The position numbers and the translations under genes are program-made. DNA of 64,000 nucleotides from Bilabrum cf. latius (taxonomy: Eukaryota), in contig OZ237738.1 of assembly GCA_965178125.1 (NCBI GenBank), positions 1,240,001-1,304,000 on the forward strand, in the 5' to 3' direction. Numbering within the stretch: the stretch's first letter is position 1; the number at the start of each line of letters is the position of its first letter. The notes under the pieces were generated by a model. The model made no database searches. It worked only from the letters and a program-made list of their open reading frames with translations, and was not told the origin of the DNA. Positions 50,022 to 61,635 of this stretch are shown here, piece after piece.

Positions 50022-52688
50022 TCACAGCACTAGCTCCCTCGTCCGCTCCACCAGCATCACGCCATCCACGTACTAGGTCATGGCCGCCCCCGCCCCACCA
50101 CGCCCCTCACCCCGAGCATGGCCATTGGAGACACCCCCAACCCCAACCCCGCCCCCTGTGCCGAGCCACGCCTCCTCCGCTTCCAGCGTCACCTCCTTGT
50201 CCATCCGCGACCTGCCGTCACTCGTCACACCGTGAGCGTCCCCGATCGGATCGGAGGAGGCCCCGGAGCCACCGAAGAATGCGTCTGCATCCAGCGCCGA
50301 ACCGGACAGCCCGGCACTCCATGCGCCCCCGGTACCAGCCCCAGATCCACGGCCGTCGCCGGACTGCCGGCCCCTCTGTCTTGGTGCCGAAGTGCCACTC
50401 CTGGGCACGCCTCGGCCTCGACCGCCACCGCGAGACGAGCCACGCGACCCACGGCCAGCCCTGCTACCCCCGGCCCCGCCCTAGCTCGTCTTGCCTCTGA
50501 GTTCGCCGTATCTTGACTGCGACCCTGCAGACCTTCCATACCCGCTGTTCCCTAGGTCACCCGATGACGGCCAGCTTTGTCCCTGTGAGTCTGACATATT
50601 GCCACTGCCATTGTGTTTGCCACGTGAGGAATGCTGGCGGCTGTCCGGCCGTGGCACGATGCGAGAGCCCCGACCTGCTTGAGGTAACCTTCCGTTGTTC
50701 CCTGGCTGGGACTTGCTTGTCAATCCCGACTAAACCTCGCTAGTTCCCCTGCGTGGGGCTGCTGCTGCTGCTGTTGCTGTACCCTTCGGCTGGCCACCGC
50801 TCAGATCAGTGTCGTCCCAACCAGAAAAGACCCCGCTCGCTTTGGGAGGAGTGCCTTCGTATCCCTCAAGGGTAGGGGTAGGCCCCCGCATTGGCGACCC
50901 CCGAGCGGTCGGCTCCGCCTCAGGCACACCCTCTTCGGTGCTGGCACCCGCGGTCTTGATCGCCGCCGGTGGCCGCCAGGCACCCGAGGATCGGTGTGAC
51001 GAGTGATTTTGAGGCCGTATTCCCTGGGAGTTCCGCTGCTACCCCCCTTGCGACCACCCAGAAGCACCGCTGCCAGCGAAAGCCCGGGCCTTTGCCCTTT
51101 TGTCTGCCCCCACCGAGGCCTAGGAGCTGGGACCCACGAAATCATCGGCTCGCATAGGCCTGTCTTCATCTGCATCTGCATCTGCATCTGCATCTGCATC
51201 TGCATCGCCCTCATGCTGGTCTAAACCGGGAGCCCAAGCACCTCTATGCTCGCTGATGGGCATGTCCCCGCCTTGGTCACCGACCCGGCGATGTGATGGA
51301 GATGTGCCAGGCCTCCCGCTTGCGGAACCGACGGCGGAGGCGCCGCGCGATCGACTCTTCGCCCGGCTCGTCGCAAGCGGAGACGACCGTCCAGGCCTTG
51401 CACTCGTCACACCGGAGGGAGGCCTCGGCCTGGCCGGCCCTGTCACCCCATGAACATAGCCACCCCCCCCAGGGACATGCCCCCCTCCCGTCTCGTCTTG
51501 CTGTAGATCTAGCCCACTGGCAGTGGAAGTGCTCCTCGCTCGGTATCGATCCGGCGCGCCACTACCAAGCCCAGGCCGGTGCCGCTCTCCCCGACGCAAG
51601 GGACTGTTCCTGCTCCACTTTCCTGACGCAGAGGCAGAGGCAGAGGCAGAGGTCGGGCGGTGCCTGCCTCCATCGCTGCCGCCAGGTACTGGTGCACTGC
51701 GATCCAACTCCTCCTCCAGCTACTCCAAGCCTCTAGGTACCTGCATACGGTGCCACCACGCGCCTTGCTCGCCTGACTGTTGTGTTCCCTGAGCACCTGC
51801 TCGGGGGAGGCGAGCACCGCGACGCCTCCTCTGCTCGAAGGAGGCAGGGATGACCGAGTCGGAGCGAGGGGAGGAATCGAATACCTGGCGGCTTAGCCGT
51901 TGAGCCTCGGCTTCTTCCTGTTCTTTCAGCTGCTCTTGTCGCCGGGCGCTCTCGAAATGCGAGCGATACAGCTCATCCATACGAGCGAGCGCGGCTGCTC
52001 GCTTCTCCCGCCGCTCCTCGCGACTTAGCTTGGCCTCGTCGGCCGCGACCCCGATCAGATCGGGGAGCTTGGGTTTCCGAGGCTTTGACAGCCTGTCTAG
52101 TGTCTGTATTCCAAGCTTTGGTGGCGGGTCGCCGCGCTGCTGCCAAGCTGGCGGTGGGGCTTCGTATCCCCCCCCAGAGTCCGGCTCTGGTCGCTGGACG
52201 GGCTTGCTGAGCGTCTCGATGCGAGACTTTGACAGCTTTATTTTGGGCTTCTGGCGCTTTGAGCGTTCATTTTCGGCATCTTTCATGGCTTGATTTCTTC
52301 GTCTGAGAGTCTCCATTGCGTGCTAGTATAGGGCTTCAGCACGCTTCTCGGCAGCCTTTGCAGCCTTGCGCTTCTCAGTCCTGCTTGTTGTAGTCTCGCT
52401 GATAGCATCTTGATTACGTGTAGACCTTGCTGTTTGGAGACGATATCCAGCATTGTGTTCGGCTTGGTCCAACTCGCTTCTAGGTCGTCGGGTGGTCGCT
52501 GTGCGTGGTCGCGGTGTGTACCCGTACCAATCTGCGCCCCGCGAAGGCACTGAACTCTGGCGCAGAGATCTCTTTGTGTCTTCCCGACGCTACCAACGCT
52601 CCAATAATTCTTCCATTGCAGCAATACGTGGCTGAGAAGGGCCCCGAACGGACACTCCACGACTCCGGATGACCGCGGCTCTCGACAT
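50022..52688 (-). CDS. Host gene, uncharacterised coiled-coil/disordered protein (~888 aa)
   Basis: Six same-frame track ORFs joined by TAG only; repeated LSKP motifs; ends TGA. Confidence 0.65.
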
Positions 52689-52727
52689 CACTTTTTGTCT
52701 TCTACTGCTGGCGCTGCGGATTCGATA

Positions 52728-53126
52728 ATGGCAGCTGCCTCCGAAAAGGCTGCTACAAAGACAAACGAGCTGGATAGGATTGAGCCTGCAATTATCGACT
52801 CAGGCAGATTCAAGTACGTGCAGATTCAGGTGTCTGAGAAGGAAGACACATCAAATTAGAAGGTTGTAGTGCGAGGCCATACATGGGGATCGTACCACGA
52901 CGACATTTTTCAGCATTACGTCCACGAGTGGGAGGATAGAGACGATATATGCGTGCATGCTAAGTGCATTGGCGGGGGTAGAATAATGAAGGACGACAAG
53001 GCCAAAACAATCAAGATATTTGGATACAGCGTGGCATACGGGAAGCCAGATCACTCAGTAGCGCAGGCTATTCTACAGGGAGTTTTCCCGGAGTACGATG
53101 TGACGTGGTCGGACGAGGGCTACTGA
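52728..53126 (+). CDS. PHPT1: 14-kDa phosphohistidine phosphatase (Janus/Ocnus family), 132 aa
   Basis: IDSGRFKYVQI...VVRGH...YHDDI...CIGGGRI...IFGYSVAYGKPDH...WSDEGY; one in-frame TAG at 52857. Confidence 0.9.
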
Positions 53127-53144
53127 TGCTTGCGTTTTGTTGGC

Positions 53145-53594
53145 GCCGATCTTGTATCCCCAGATGATCCGCTGCTTCTCTGTTTGCTGCCTCAGCCAGT
53201 CGGGCCATTTGTACGTCACCAGCCCTACGTCGAAGCCCTTGGCCCGCGCCATGGAGGCCACGCCGCGCTTGAAGGCGGGACTCAGGAAGTTCTCCACCAG
53301 CCAGAACTTGACTCGCCGGCTGGATCTCTTGCTCACGCTCAGCATCATGATGCGCAGGAACCGCTCGTACAGGTGCCCACTCGCCAGAGAAAACACGTGA
53401 ATCCGGTCGTCGTCAGGGCCCCCGTCCGGCACGCCCCCGAGTCCTAGTTCCTGCACTTGCACGGCACCGGGCTCCGCTTGCTCTGCACTGGCTTTGACTT
53501 TCTTGAGCCCCTTGGCCGCATCTCCGCTGGAGCCCCCTCCACCTCCCAGCATCGACGAGATGTCCCGGCATAGAACGAGGCTGAAGCCGAGCAT
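53145..53594 (-). pseudogene. UGGT: Fragment of UDP-glucose:glycoprotein glucosyltransferase GT24 domain
   Basis: IHVFSLASGHLYERFLRIMM...YKWPDWLRQQTEKQRIIWGYKI, then similarity ends abruptly before the expected LFLDVLFP. Confidence 0.75.
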
Positions 53595-54137
53595 GCCGAA
53601 GCGGGTGGTGCCGACGCCCTCGCGCTAGTGCCCCGGCTCCCTGCCAGCATTACTGCCGCTGCCGCTGATGCCGAGGAGGGCGGGCACACGAGACTGCTGC
53701 AGCGGATGCGCGGGGTGCTACCAGGCGGGAATGGCGCGCTGGTGGAGCACCACTTGCCCACCGCCGCTGTGGTGGCTCGTTTTGCCGCTGCCACCGAACG
53801 TGCCTACGCCACTGGAGTGGGCGTGGCATTGGAAGCGGCATCACTCGCCGTGTCTGCCGCGCCCTTGGGACGGGGATCCCCCTCGCGACAGGCACCCTCG
53901 CTGCGAGAGGCCATTGAGGAGGAGGCTCAGCGCAGGATGGTCCTCGCCCAGGCAGACGAGAGACGCGCTGATATTCGAAAACGATATGGTCACTACGCAT
54001 GCCCAAATTTTCGCCTCGGTGAAAGCTACGTCTAATGTCAAAGTCCATGCACTGGCGCACTCGCACAGTACCCATGATCACGATGATCGCAAACCCCCTG
54101 AGTGCTCTCAAGTAGCCAACGGTGACAACGCTGCCGA

Positions 54138-55021
54138 TCAGTTGCCCCTTCCTCGCCGCCCCGACTTGCCATGCCTACCACTCTTGCCGCTGGCAGAGCC
54201 AGAGCCTGACCCTCCCGCAATGCTGCCCTGCTGTGTCCCCCCCACGGCGGCCGACCCCCCCCCGCGCTTGGGGACCTCGTCCTCGTCGTCGCTATCGGCG
54301 CCTCCCACCCCACCAAGGGCCCCCGCGAGCCCTCCCGCCGGCGCCTTGACGCCCATCATGTTCATGATTCCTGCCATCGGGTTGGACCCATCGCCCATCA
54401 TGGCGGCCTGCTGTGCCTCCATCACTGCCCTCTCGTCCTCGCCCATGTTGTTCATCAGCAACGGCATTCCAACCACAAGAAGCAGCATCACGCCGGCGAA
54501 AAGGACGCTGCGGTTCTGCAAGATCTGCATGATGGAAATCTCTTTCCTGGGCTCGAAGTACTTTGGCGAGGCCTGCTGGCGCACGCGGAGTGGGTATTTC
54601 GTTGGGCGCTTCTTGTCGCCGGGAAATCGGTATTCCATGGCCAAAACCTCCCCGTCATTCAACACGTTAACCTTGATGGTGCTATACACTGCCCTGGTCG
54701 AGAAAAACTCCAGCGCATACACCCCAGGTGCAAGCCCGTGAATGGTAAATTCTCCATTCTTGCGAACATGCCCCGTCATGAATCCCCCGTTGACAACTAT
54801 AGACACGGGGTCTTTTGGGCGAGGATGCAGTTGTCCAGATACGTCGTAGCTAGCTATCTCATTGGCAACACTGGACGCAGTCAATGCGCTCAACAGCAGG
54901 CTGCGATAACAAGAGCCAACGCGAAGAGGCACGACCAAGTTACTTCATTCATTTACCTGCACAATCAGCAAAAAACATATTTCGACGAATGAACTTACAC
55001 CGACAACGATAGAACTAGCAT
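54138..55021 (-). CDS. EMC7: ER membrane protein complex subunit 7; exon 1 55021-54999, intron 54998-54901 (GTAAGT..CAG), exon 2 54900-54138
   Basis: Signal peptide after splicing; G.VR.NGEFTIHGL.PG.Y.LE, YPL, YFEPR...IL.N, TM helix, MP.LM. Confidence 0.85.
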
Positions 55022-55142
55022 AGTATCAGCAGTTGCAGCGGATAAAGATTGCCCCCTCACTTGTTCGGGATGTTCCGCGTGCGCGGCGCCACATGGTTAC
55101 AACCGCTTAGCAAGCCGTTCGGGCAGAGCCATTCGGTCGACC

Positions 55143-55701
55143 ATGGCAGCCTCTGGAGCCGGAGAAACTGGTAGCACCGATGCCGCAGCAAAATCCAAGG
55201 CAATAAAGATGGCGTCAGAGGCGGCGGCATCCTCACACAAATCAATTGTGAGTGATTGGCCTGTCTCAGTTGGTGTGCAGTTGCATGTATTAATCCAGCA
55301 GTTCAAATTCCTCTCACCCGGATAGCGGCGCAGTCAGTGGAAAAAAGAAAACTACTAGTTTTAGGTATGAACTCGGATTCAGTGTGTATGCATTGCTAGC
55401 TTTGGTGTGTACGGTGGTTGCTGCTTCCATCCATGTTTTTCTTGCACAGGCGATGCAACTGTAGGGAAGACAGCACTCGTAGCAATGTTTGCCTCCAAAG
55501 GCTCAGAGTATCCAAATTCGTATCAGATGGTAAGGATTTCAAAACTGCCAGCGCTGCACTGCGTCAGACGCGCGCCTGCAACACTAGAGTGTGCATGCTG
55601 GGATGATCTCTCGCAGACAACCGCCATGAACGTTAGGGTTCGAGGCGTACCAATGAATGCGGATGGGACCGAGCAAGTAGATTTGTTTTTGATGGACCAC
55701 G
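55143..55701 (+). pseudogene. IFT27: 5' part of IFT27/RABL4-like small GTPase gene (three introns), cut by Ngaro insertion
   Basis: KLLVL-GDATVGKTALVAMFASKGSEYPNSYQM-TTAMNVRVRGVP...VDLFLMD with GT-AG introns. Confidence 0.75.
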
Positions 55702-56305
55702 TCAATGGCACCCCTACTGACGAATACAGAGCATCCATGTACAGTGATGTTTGGGCCGATAGTGGTATACTGATCGGATCAATTCCGAGTACGAGCTGAG
55801 CGAGACCAGCGCTCTCACTTAGGGGAATTCAGAAGAAGATAAAGGAAATAATGCTCAGCCAGCAGAGTGCGCAATGGAAGCAAAGCCGGGCGATCGTGGC
55901 GCGAATGACCACTCGTATGGCCCCAACGGTGAGGCGGAGGGTGAACGCTGTGGGTGGTGTTTTCGATGTGTTTCAAGGTATGGCTGTTGAACACATGTCG
56001 AGCTTCTCGGAGCCTGTCGTGCGCGAGGCTGTGAACATGCTAAACAAAGAAGGGGCAGATGCGCAGCGGGCTCTGTTGGGCAGCTGCGTACGCGGCCACA
56101 CGCCGGTCGCTTCCCTGGGCGCAGGGGCTGCCGTTATGGGCGTGTTCAAACCGACCACGACGCCAGACGTGGAATCGGGCCTGCGTGGCGCTCTGGAAGT
56201 GGCAGCAGGGTTCTCAAAGGACGATCTGATGCCCGAGGACCATGTTCGTCGGCGAGCGCGGCGACGGGTGGAAACTCAGACCAAGATGCGACGGGCAGCA
56301 ATGGG

Positions 56306-58198
56306 GTGCTCCCACTCTGGGGAGCACCGGTGATCCCGGTACCATCCGGGGCATCAACAACAGCACCATTCACGGGGTCAAGGCCTGAACGTGTAGCCGG
56401 GGGGCCGATGGGAGCGCACTCACTGGGCCGGGGCATCATGGACGGTGGCGGGTTTGGGTGGAAACTGCCTGCCCCAAGCGGGGGGGCCGGTGCAGGGGCG
56501 ACTGCTACCTCAGGCCATCCGCCGAGCGAGCTGGGCCTCTTTGATTTTGGGGGCGGATTCAGCCATGGTGGAGTGACTGCGGCCGATGCTGGGGCGGGTG
56601 GCAAACCAGCGGGAGGTCCAACGGCAAGCCGCGGTGCCAGCGCGGTGTTTGGGGCGCAGGCGTCGATGGGCACCATCTCGGGCGCAACGCTGGGAAAAAG
56701 GGGGAGAGCGGAAGAGGTGGGGGAAGCACAAGCTCCCTGGGAGGCCATTGTGGCGGATTCGGAACGTCGCACCAAGGCGGCAAGGCGCGAGCAAGAGGTC
56801 GAGGGAGCATCCGCGGGAGCAGGAGAGGCGACCGCGAGTGACGCGATCGACAAGCGAATTCAACAGGCGGTTGCGGCCATGGCATCGGGTGAGCCCAATG
56901 GTACGTTGTAGTTGCTCCGTGCCCTTGCGCTTGAGTTAAATGCCCGGCCCGAGCACTCCACCCAGGCGATTAAGTCGTCAGCCGGCGCCTGCAAGAAGTC
57001 ACCATACCAGGGCCAGGTCGGAGCAGACGATGGAGACGGCGCCAAGGAAGTGCATAATTCCATTCCCACGGCGAAGGGAGTTGACTCTTTGTTCTACGAC
57101 ACCGTACGGTCTTAGGAGGTGCTTCAATTTAGGGACAGTGCACGGTATTTGGCCGAACTCGGGGAGGAAGGCGAGAGAGCTAAGGACTTGGCCTCAGTGG
57201 CGCTGACGAGTGCGGACAAGGCAAAGATTTCGTTACTTCGGATTGAACGCCCCGCGCAGATAATGTTCGCTTCTATGGCGAGTGCGGCTGGTTTTCGCCG
57301 GGAGTCAGGATCTGGCCGCAGCTTTCATGTGGCACCGGTGCTGGAGGAGGCGGGTGATTTGCTCATGCCGGACGGGATCAGGCAATTTGCGAGTAAGTGC
57401 GGGTAGCACGTGTTGTCGGGAGTGGCAGAACTGGAACAAGGCAACATTTTTCGATTACCCACGATATTGACCAGATCGGTGTGTGGGGCGCTCGAGTGGG
57501 TCGTGGCAGGGAGCACGTCGTTGCTGAAGGTGGTTATCACACTTGCGACACTGCTGCACCAGGATAAGCATGCGGAAGCCAGGGCAGTAATGAGCAAGCT
57601 TCACGAGGCGTTGGAGATTGCAGTGCGAAGAATGTTCTTGGGCTTAGGGATGGTCCTTCATGCGGCAGCAGTCCGCACGGCAGGTGGAGGCAACGGGGAC
57701 ACAGCCAATACGGGTCAGCATTTCGTGTTAGCAACTGCTCTGCGCATGATTTTGATACATAGGGTGGCACCAGTGGGGAGAATGGATACTCCTGCGGTGC
57801 TTCGACTGTGGTAGTTGCGGAGCGAGAACGAGACCCCGCTGCGGATGACGCAGACTCAGGTGGGGCCCACGTGGGAATTACTGGGACTGAATCCGGCAGG
57901 CAACCATAGCGCTATGGCGTGGGAGGATGTGACAGCCGCGATAGACAAGTCAGCATTGGAGCGAGCGAAGCGGGTGGCAAAGGAGCATGGGGCCGCAGCT
58001 GGAGGAGCGGGGGCAGCGGCAAAACGGTAGTCAGCGAAGGCCAGCAGCAGCAGCAGCAGCAGCAGTAGCGCGAGTGCGGGTGGACAAGAGTCGCAGCAGG
58101 AGTCAGAGCGCCAAAAAGGGACGACATCGGGGCCCAAAACGTAGGCGGAGCCCCGTACCTCCCCAAGACGAAGTGGCCGACTAGCGGGGAATGGGTGA
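56306..58198 (+). CDS. Ngaro ORF1 (gag-like)
   Basis: Five abutting same-frame track ORFs separated by TAG; ends TGA. Confidence 0.65.
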
Positions 58199-58199
58199 C

Positions 58200-60590
58200 G
58201 CGGCCCGAGCCAGGGGAAGGGCTGCAGTAGTGTAGGCATGTGCACTATCTTCGGAAGCAGCGCAAAAAATCCTGGCTCAGCAGAAGACTCCGACCCTACA
58301 GCGTGGTGAGCCGAGCCTGCGGACACTGGATGGGCGGTGCATTGTGACGGACATCATGGAACACGCGGACGAATTGTTGGACTAGGTTGCATCTGCAGGC
58401 CCCTCGAGACGATGGCACGAGGTGCAGATGGAAGCAGCCGGCTATTCTGTGGACAATGACGGTGATGCGGGAGCGGGGATGACTGGGGATGCGCCGTCAG
58501 CATTGGGTGCGGACGGGATGTGGTAGGCTTGGGCACGATGCCTGGCAAAGCGGGACAAGATTGACTTGCGGTCATTCCCACCGGGCTAGGCACCATCATC
58601 TGCTTTGGACGTCTGGTATGGAACGTTGTCACACTGGGAGCGTAGGGGCGAACTGCAGCAGGGGGAGCGATGGGCAGCACGCTAGCCGTGTACGCTGTCA
58701 CCTCGTGGAGCATGGCAGGCACATTTGGCTCGTTGTCGACGCTGCGGGGCGCGGGGCGCAGTGGAGCCCGATTGTGTAGCGGGCCGGGGGTTTGTTGGAC
58801 TGGCACGACATGGGCTTCGGGCGGAGGCAGTCTTGAAGGTGTTGGGGGCGCAGCCGGTACGGGCTGACCCGAAGGACTTGCCGGCGGACGAGGAGGATGT
58901 AGTCCCGTTCGTGGAAGCAGCAGCGAGTGCAGGCAAGATTCGACCGGTGGAGGGCGCCGCGGTCTAGGTGACGCCTATGTTCGTTGCCAAGAGGACCGCA
59001 ATCGAGGTACAGCAGCGGGAGGGTCAGACACCACGCTTGGTGCAGCGGGAGGACACGACTGGCAAGCAGCGCCTAGTCACGGATATGAAGCGCTCGGGCG
59101 CGAACGAGGCATTTCTTGACTTGCGTTTCCGGTATGGTGATTTTGCTCGGCATTTAGCAGAGCGCGTGGGACGTGACAGGCACGAATGGGGGGCAGCCTT
59201 CGATTTCAAGGCGGCATATCATAGTATAGCGCTGGCACCGGGGCTGCAGCGATGGATGGCAGTTCGCGGAGTGGGTGGCAGCATGTTTTAGTTTGTGGTC
59301 TTGTCGTTTGGTTGCAGAATGGGCTGTTTTGTCGCATCAGTAGTGTTGGCAGAGTGTTTAGCGGGGGTGCGACTGCGCACCGCACATTGGGCTTTTGGGT
59401 ACATTGATGATGGCTTTCTGTCAGCACGTACGGAGGCCCGCACTATGTAGTTGTTGTGGTGTGCCGTGCTTGTAGCGCGGGGGATTGGCATGAGGATATA
59501 GCCTAGCAAACTTACCTTTCCAACATAGGTGATTGAGTTCCTTGGGCTAAAGATTACCCTGGGAGCCCACTTGAAGGTGACACTGCGCTCGGATCGATGG
59601 CCACGGATCCACGCAGTGCTGAGGACCGTTGAGCGAATGCGAGCTTTCAACATGCTAGCAACGAGTGCGCTGGCGGTCAAGGCTGTGGAGAAACTGGCAG
59701 GACAGTTGGGCGCGGCTGCGGCAGTAATCCCCCACGCTTCGCAGCACGTGTTTGCGATATACTAGGCGGCTGCAAAGGCTCGCAAAGGTGGTAGGCACAT
59801 CTGGACGGCAGAGTTCAACGAGGAATTTGAGTGGTGGCTGACATGTAGGGACCGCGGTATCTTGACAGCGGCAGCAGCTGCACCGATATACCCGTTGCCG
59901 GAGGGGAGAGCATCCGTGTTTTGTGCTGACGCGTCAGCCCATGGACTGGGTGCAATGTGGCGCCGAGGCAATGGTGATTCTGGCTTGATGCAAATGGGTT
60001 TCCACGAGGACATGCAGTTACTATCCAGTACGGCACGCGAACTAGCATCACTACGAGCTTTTTTGTCAGGACCAGGCTAGTTGGCGAGGAGCCAGACTTG
60101 CCCAGAGGCGCTCTTCGTGCTGTCAGACAATCAAGCCCTGCCAAATTTGCTGCGGAAGGGCGGCTCGATGAAGGCTGGGTAGCGAGATGAGCTGCGAGAG
60201 ATTGGAAGGCTGGCTGAGAACTTGGGATACGTGATCTTCCCCGTGTGGTAGAGGCGAAGTACACCGATCATGGTGGCATGCGATAGATTGAGCAGGGTGG
60301 AGGACGGTGCTGGTCAACTGGTGTAGACGGCGGGGCAGCGCGTGGGCAAAACGGGGTTTGTCTCGGCGGCAAGGGCGACATCTGACTCAACTTTTCATGC
60401 ACCATTTCATCTTCGCAGGACCATTTGGGGAGCTGATCCCAGTGACTGGACGAGCAGGCTCAAGTGCTGCGGCACAACGGCGAGCAGCGGTGGCGGCGAC
60501 TAGGACCCTGATGCTGTAGGAGAGTCAGCAGCTCGGCAAGGGAGCTCTGGACGCGCGCAGGCGGAATCTGACCATGCAGGCGGAACTTGA
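58200..60590 (+). CDS. Ngaro RT-RNase H (boundaries approximate)
   Basis: FDFKAAY, SFG, YIDD, FLG, ADAS, SDN and CDRLSR motifs; TAG read-through. Confidence 0.85.
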
Positions 60591-61635
60591 GGTCGGGGAT
60601 CCGGTGGAGGCCATGTGGGCTTTGCTGACGGAGTAGTGCGCCGCCGGGTTGAAGTATGCCACAGTGTTGCGATTGTTCCAAGCGCAAACGGCGTGGTTCA
60701 GGTCAGCGGAGTTCCCGCGTACCCCACTCGCAGACGTGGAGTACAGGCAGGTCAAACTGGCCCTGCTCGGCTACAAGCGTAGATGTGCCGGGGCGACGGA
60801 TCCGGACGCGGTACGTGCCCTACGTGTCCTGGTGGACAACCCTGTAACGTTGCGAGCACTAGTGATGATGGCCTGGTAGCTGCAGGCAGAGTGGGATTCG
60901 ATGTGGCAAGGCCCAGCTGCGCTGGCCCGTGCGGACTACAACTCAACACCAGCGGTTCTCGATACATTTATGTGCTGCTATGTGGGGACATTCTGTGGCT
61001 TGGCCCGGTGGCCAGATCTGGTGCATCTGGCAATAGGGGAGATAGAGTGGACTGCAGCGTCTGATGACAACGAGGTTGTTCCCGTGGCACTGATTGGGTG
61101 GCAGCGGTACAAGTCGCGGGTGCTCGGCGGCAACCCCGAGCAGCGCCCGCCAGCGGTCATTCCATGCTTGCCGGATGGATTCGAGGAGTTGTGCCCGTAT
61201 CGGTGGCTGAAGTGGTGGGTATCAGTTCGGTAGCCAACACAAGGGCAGCGCGGGGAAGTATTCGCCTCTCGAACACGGGCTGCGCACAGTGCCACGCTGC
61301 AGTGGATAACAGCGCAAGGGATTCCTGTGCACCGCAAGGGGGAGGGTGTGTACGCCTTCAAGAGTGCGGGAGTGTCAGCATTGCGCCAGACGGACCCAAC
61401 CAAGGACGAGAAGTACGTGCACGGCCAGGCTGGGTGGTCTCTGCCCAACATGCCAGCGGTGTATGATCGTTACTCATTGATGGAAGCGGCAAGGGTTACG
61501 AGGAGTGGGATTCTTCGGGCTATGGTGGGAGCTGGCTCCATCCCAGAACTTCTGAAGACTTGGGAATCCCAACGCAGGGAGCTTCACCGGAGCCCAGTGA
61601 GCAGTGGTGGGGGTGAACGGGATTCAGGGCTCTAA
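60307..61635 (+). CDS. Ngaro tyrosine recombinase (start uncertain)
   Basis: GLARWPDL, LCPYRWL, YAFKSAG, AGW...VYDR; four same-frame track ORFs; ends TAA. Confidence 0.75.

Noticed and set aside
51166-51205. (CATCTG)n microsatellite
   Set aside because: Ordinary coding repeat (DA dipeptide) within the minus-strand host gene.
44600-52500. Numerous overlapping plus-strand ORFs in the GC-rich host region
   Set aside because: Shadow ORFs of two long minus-strand genes; expected at high GC.
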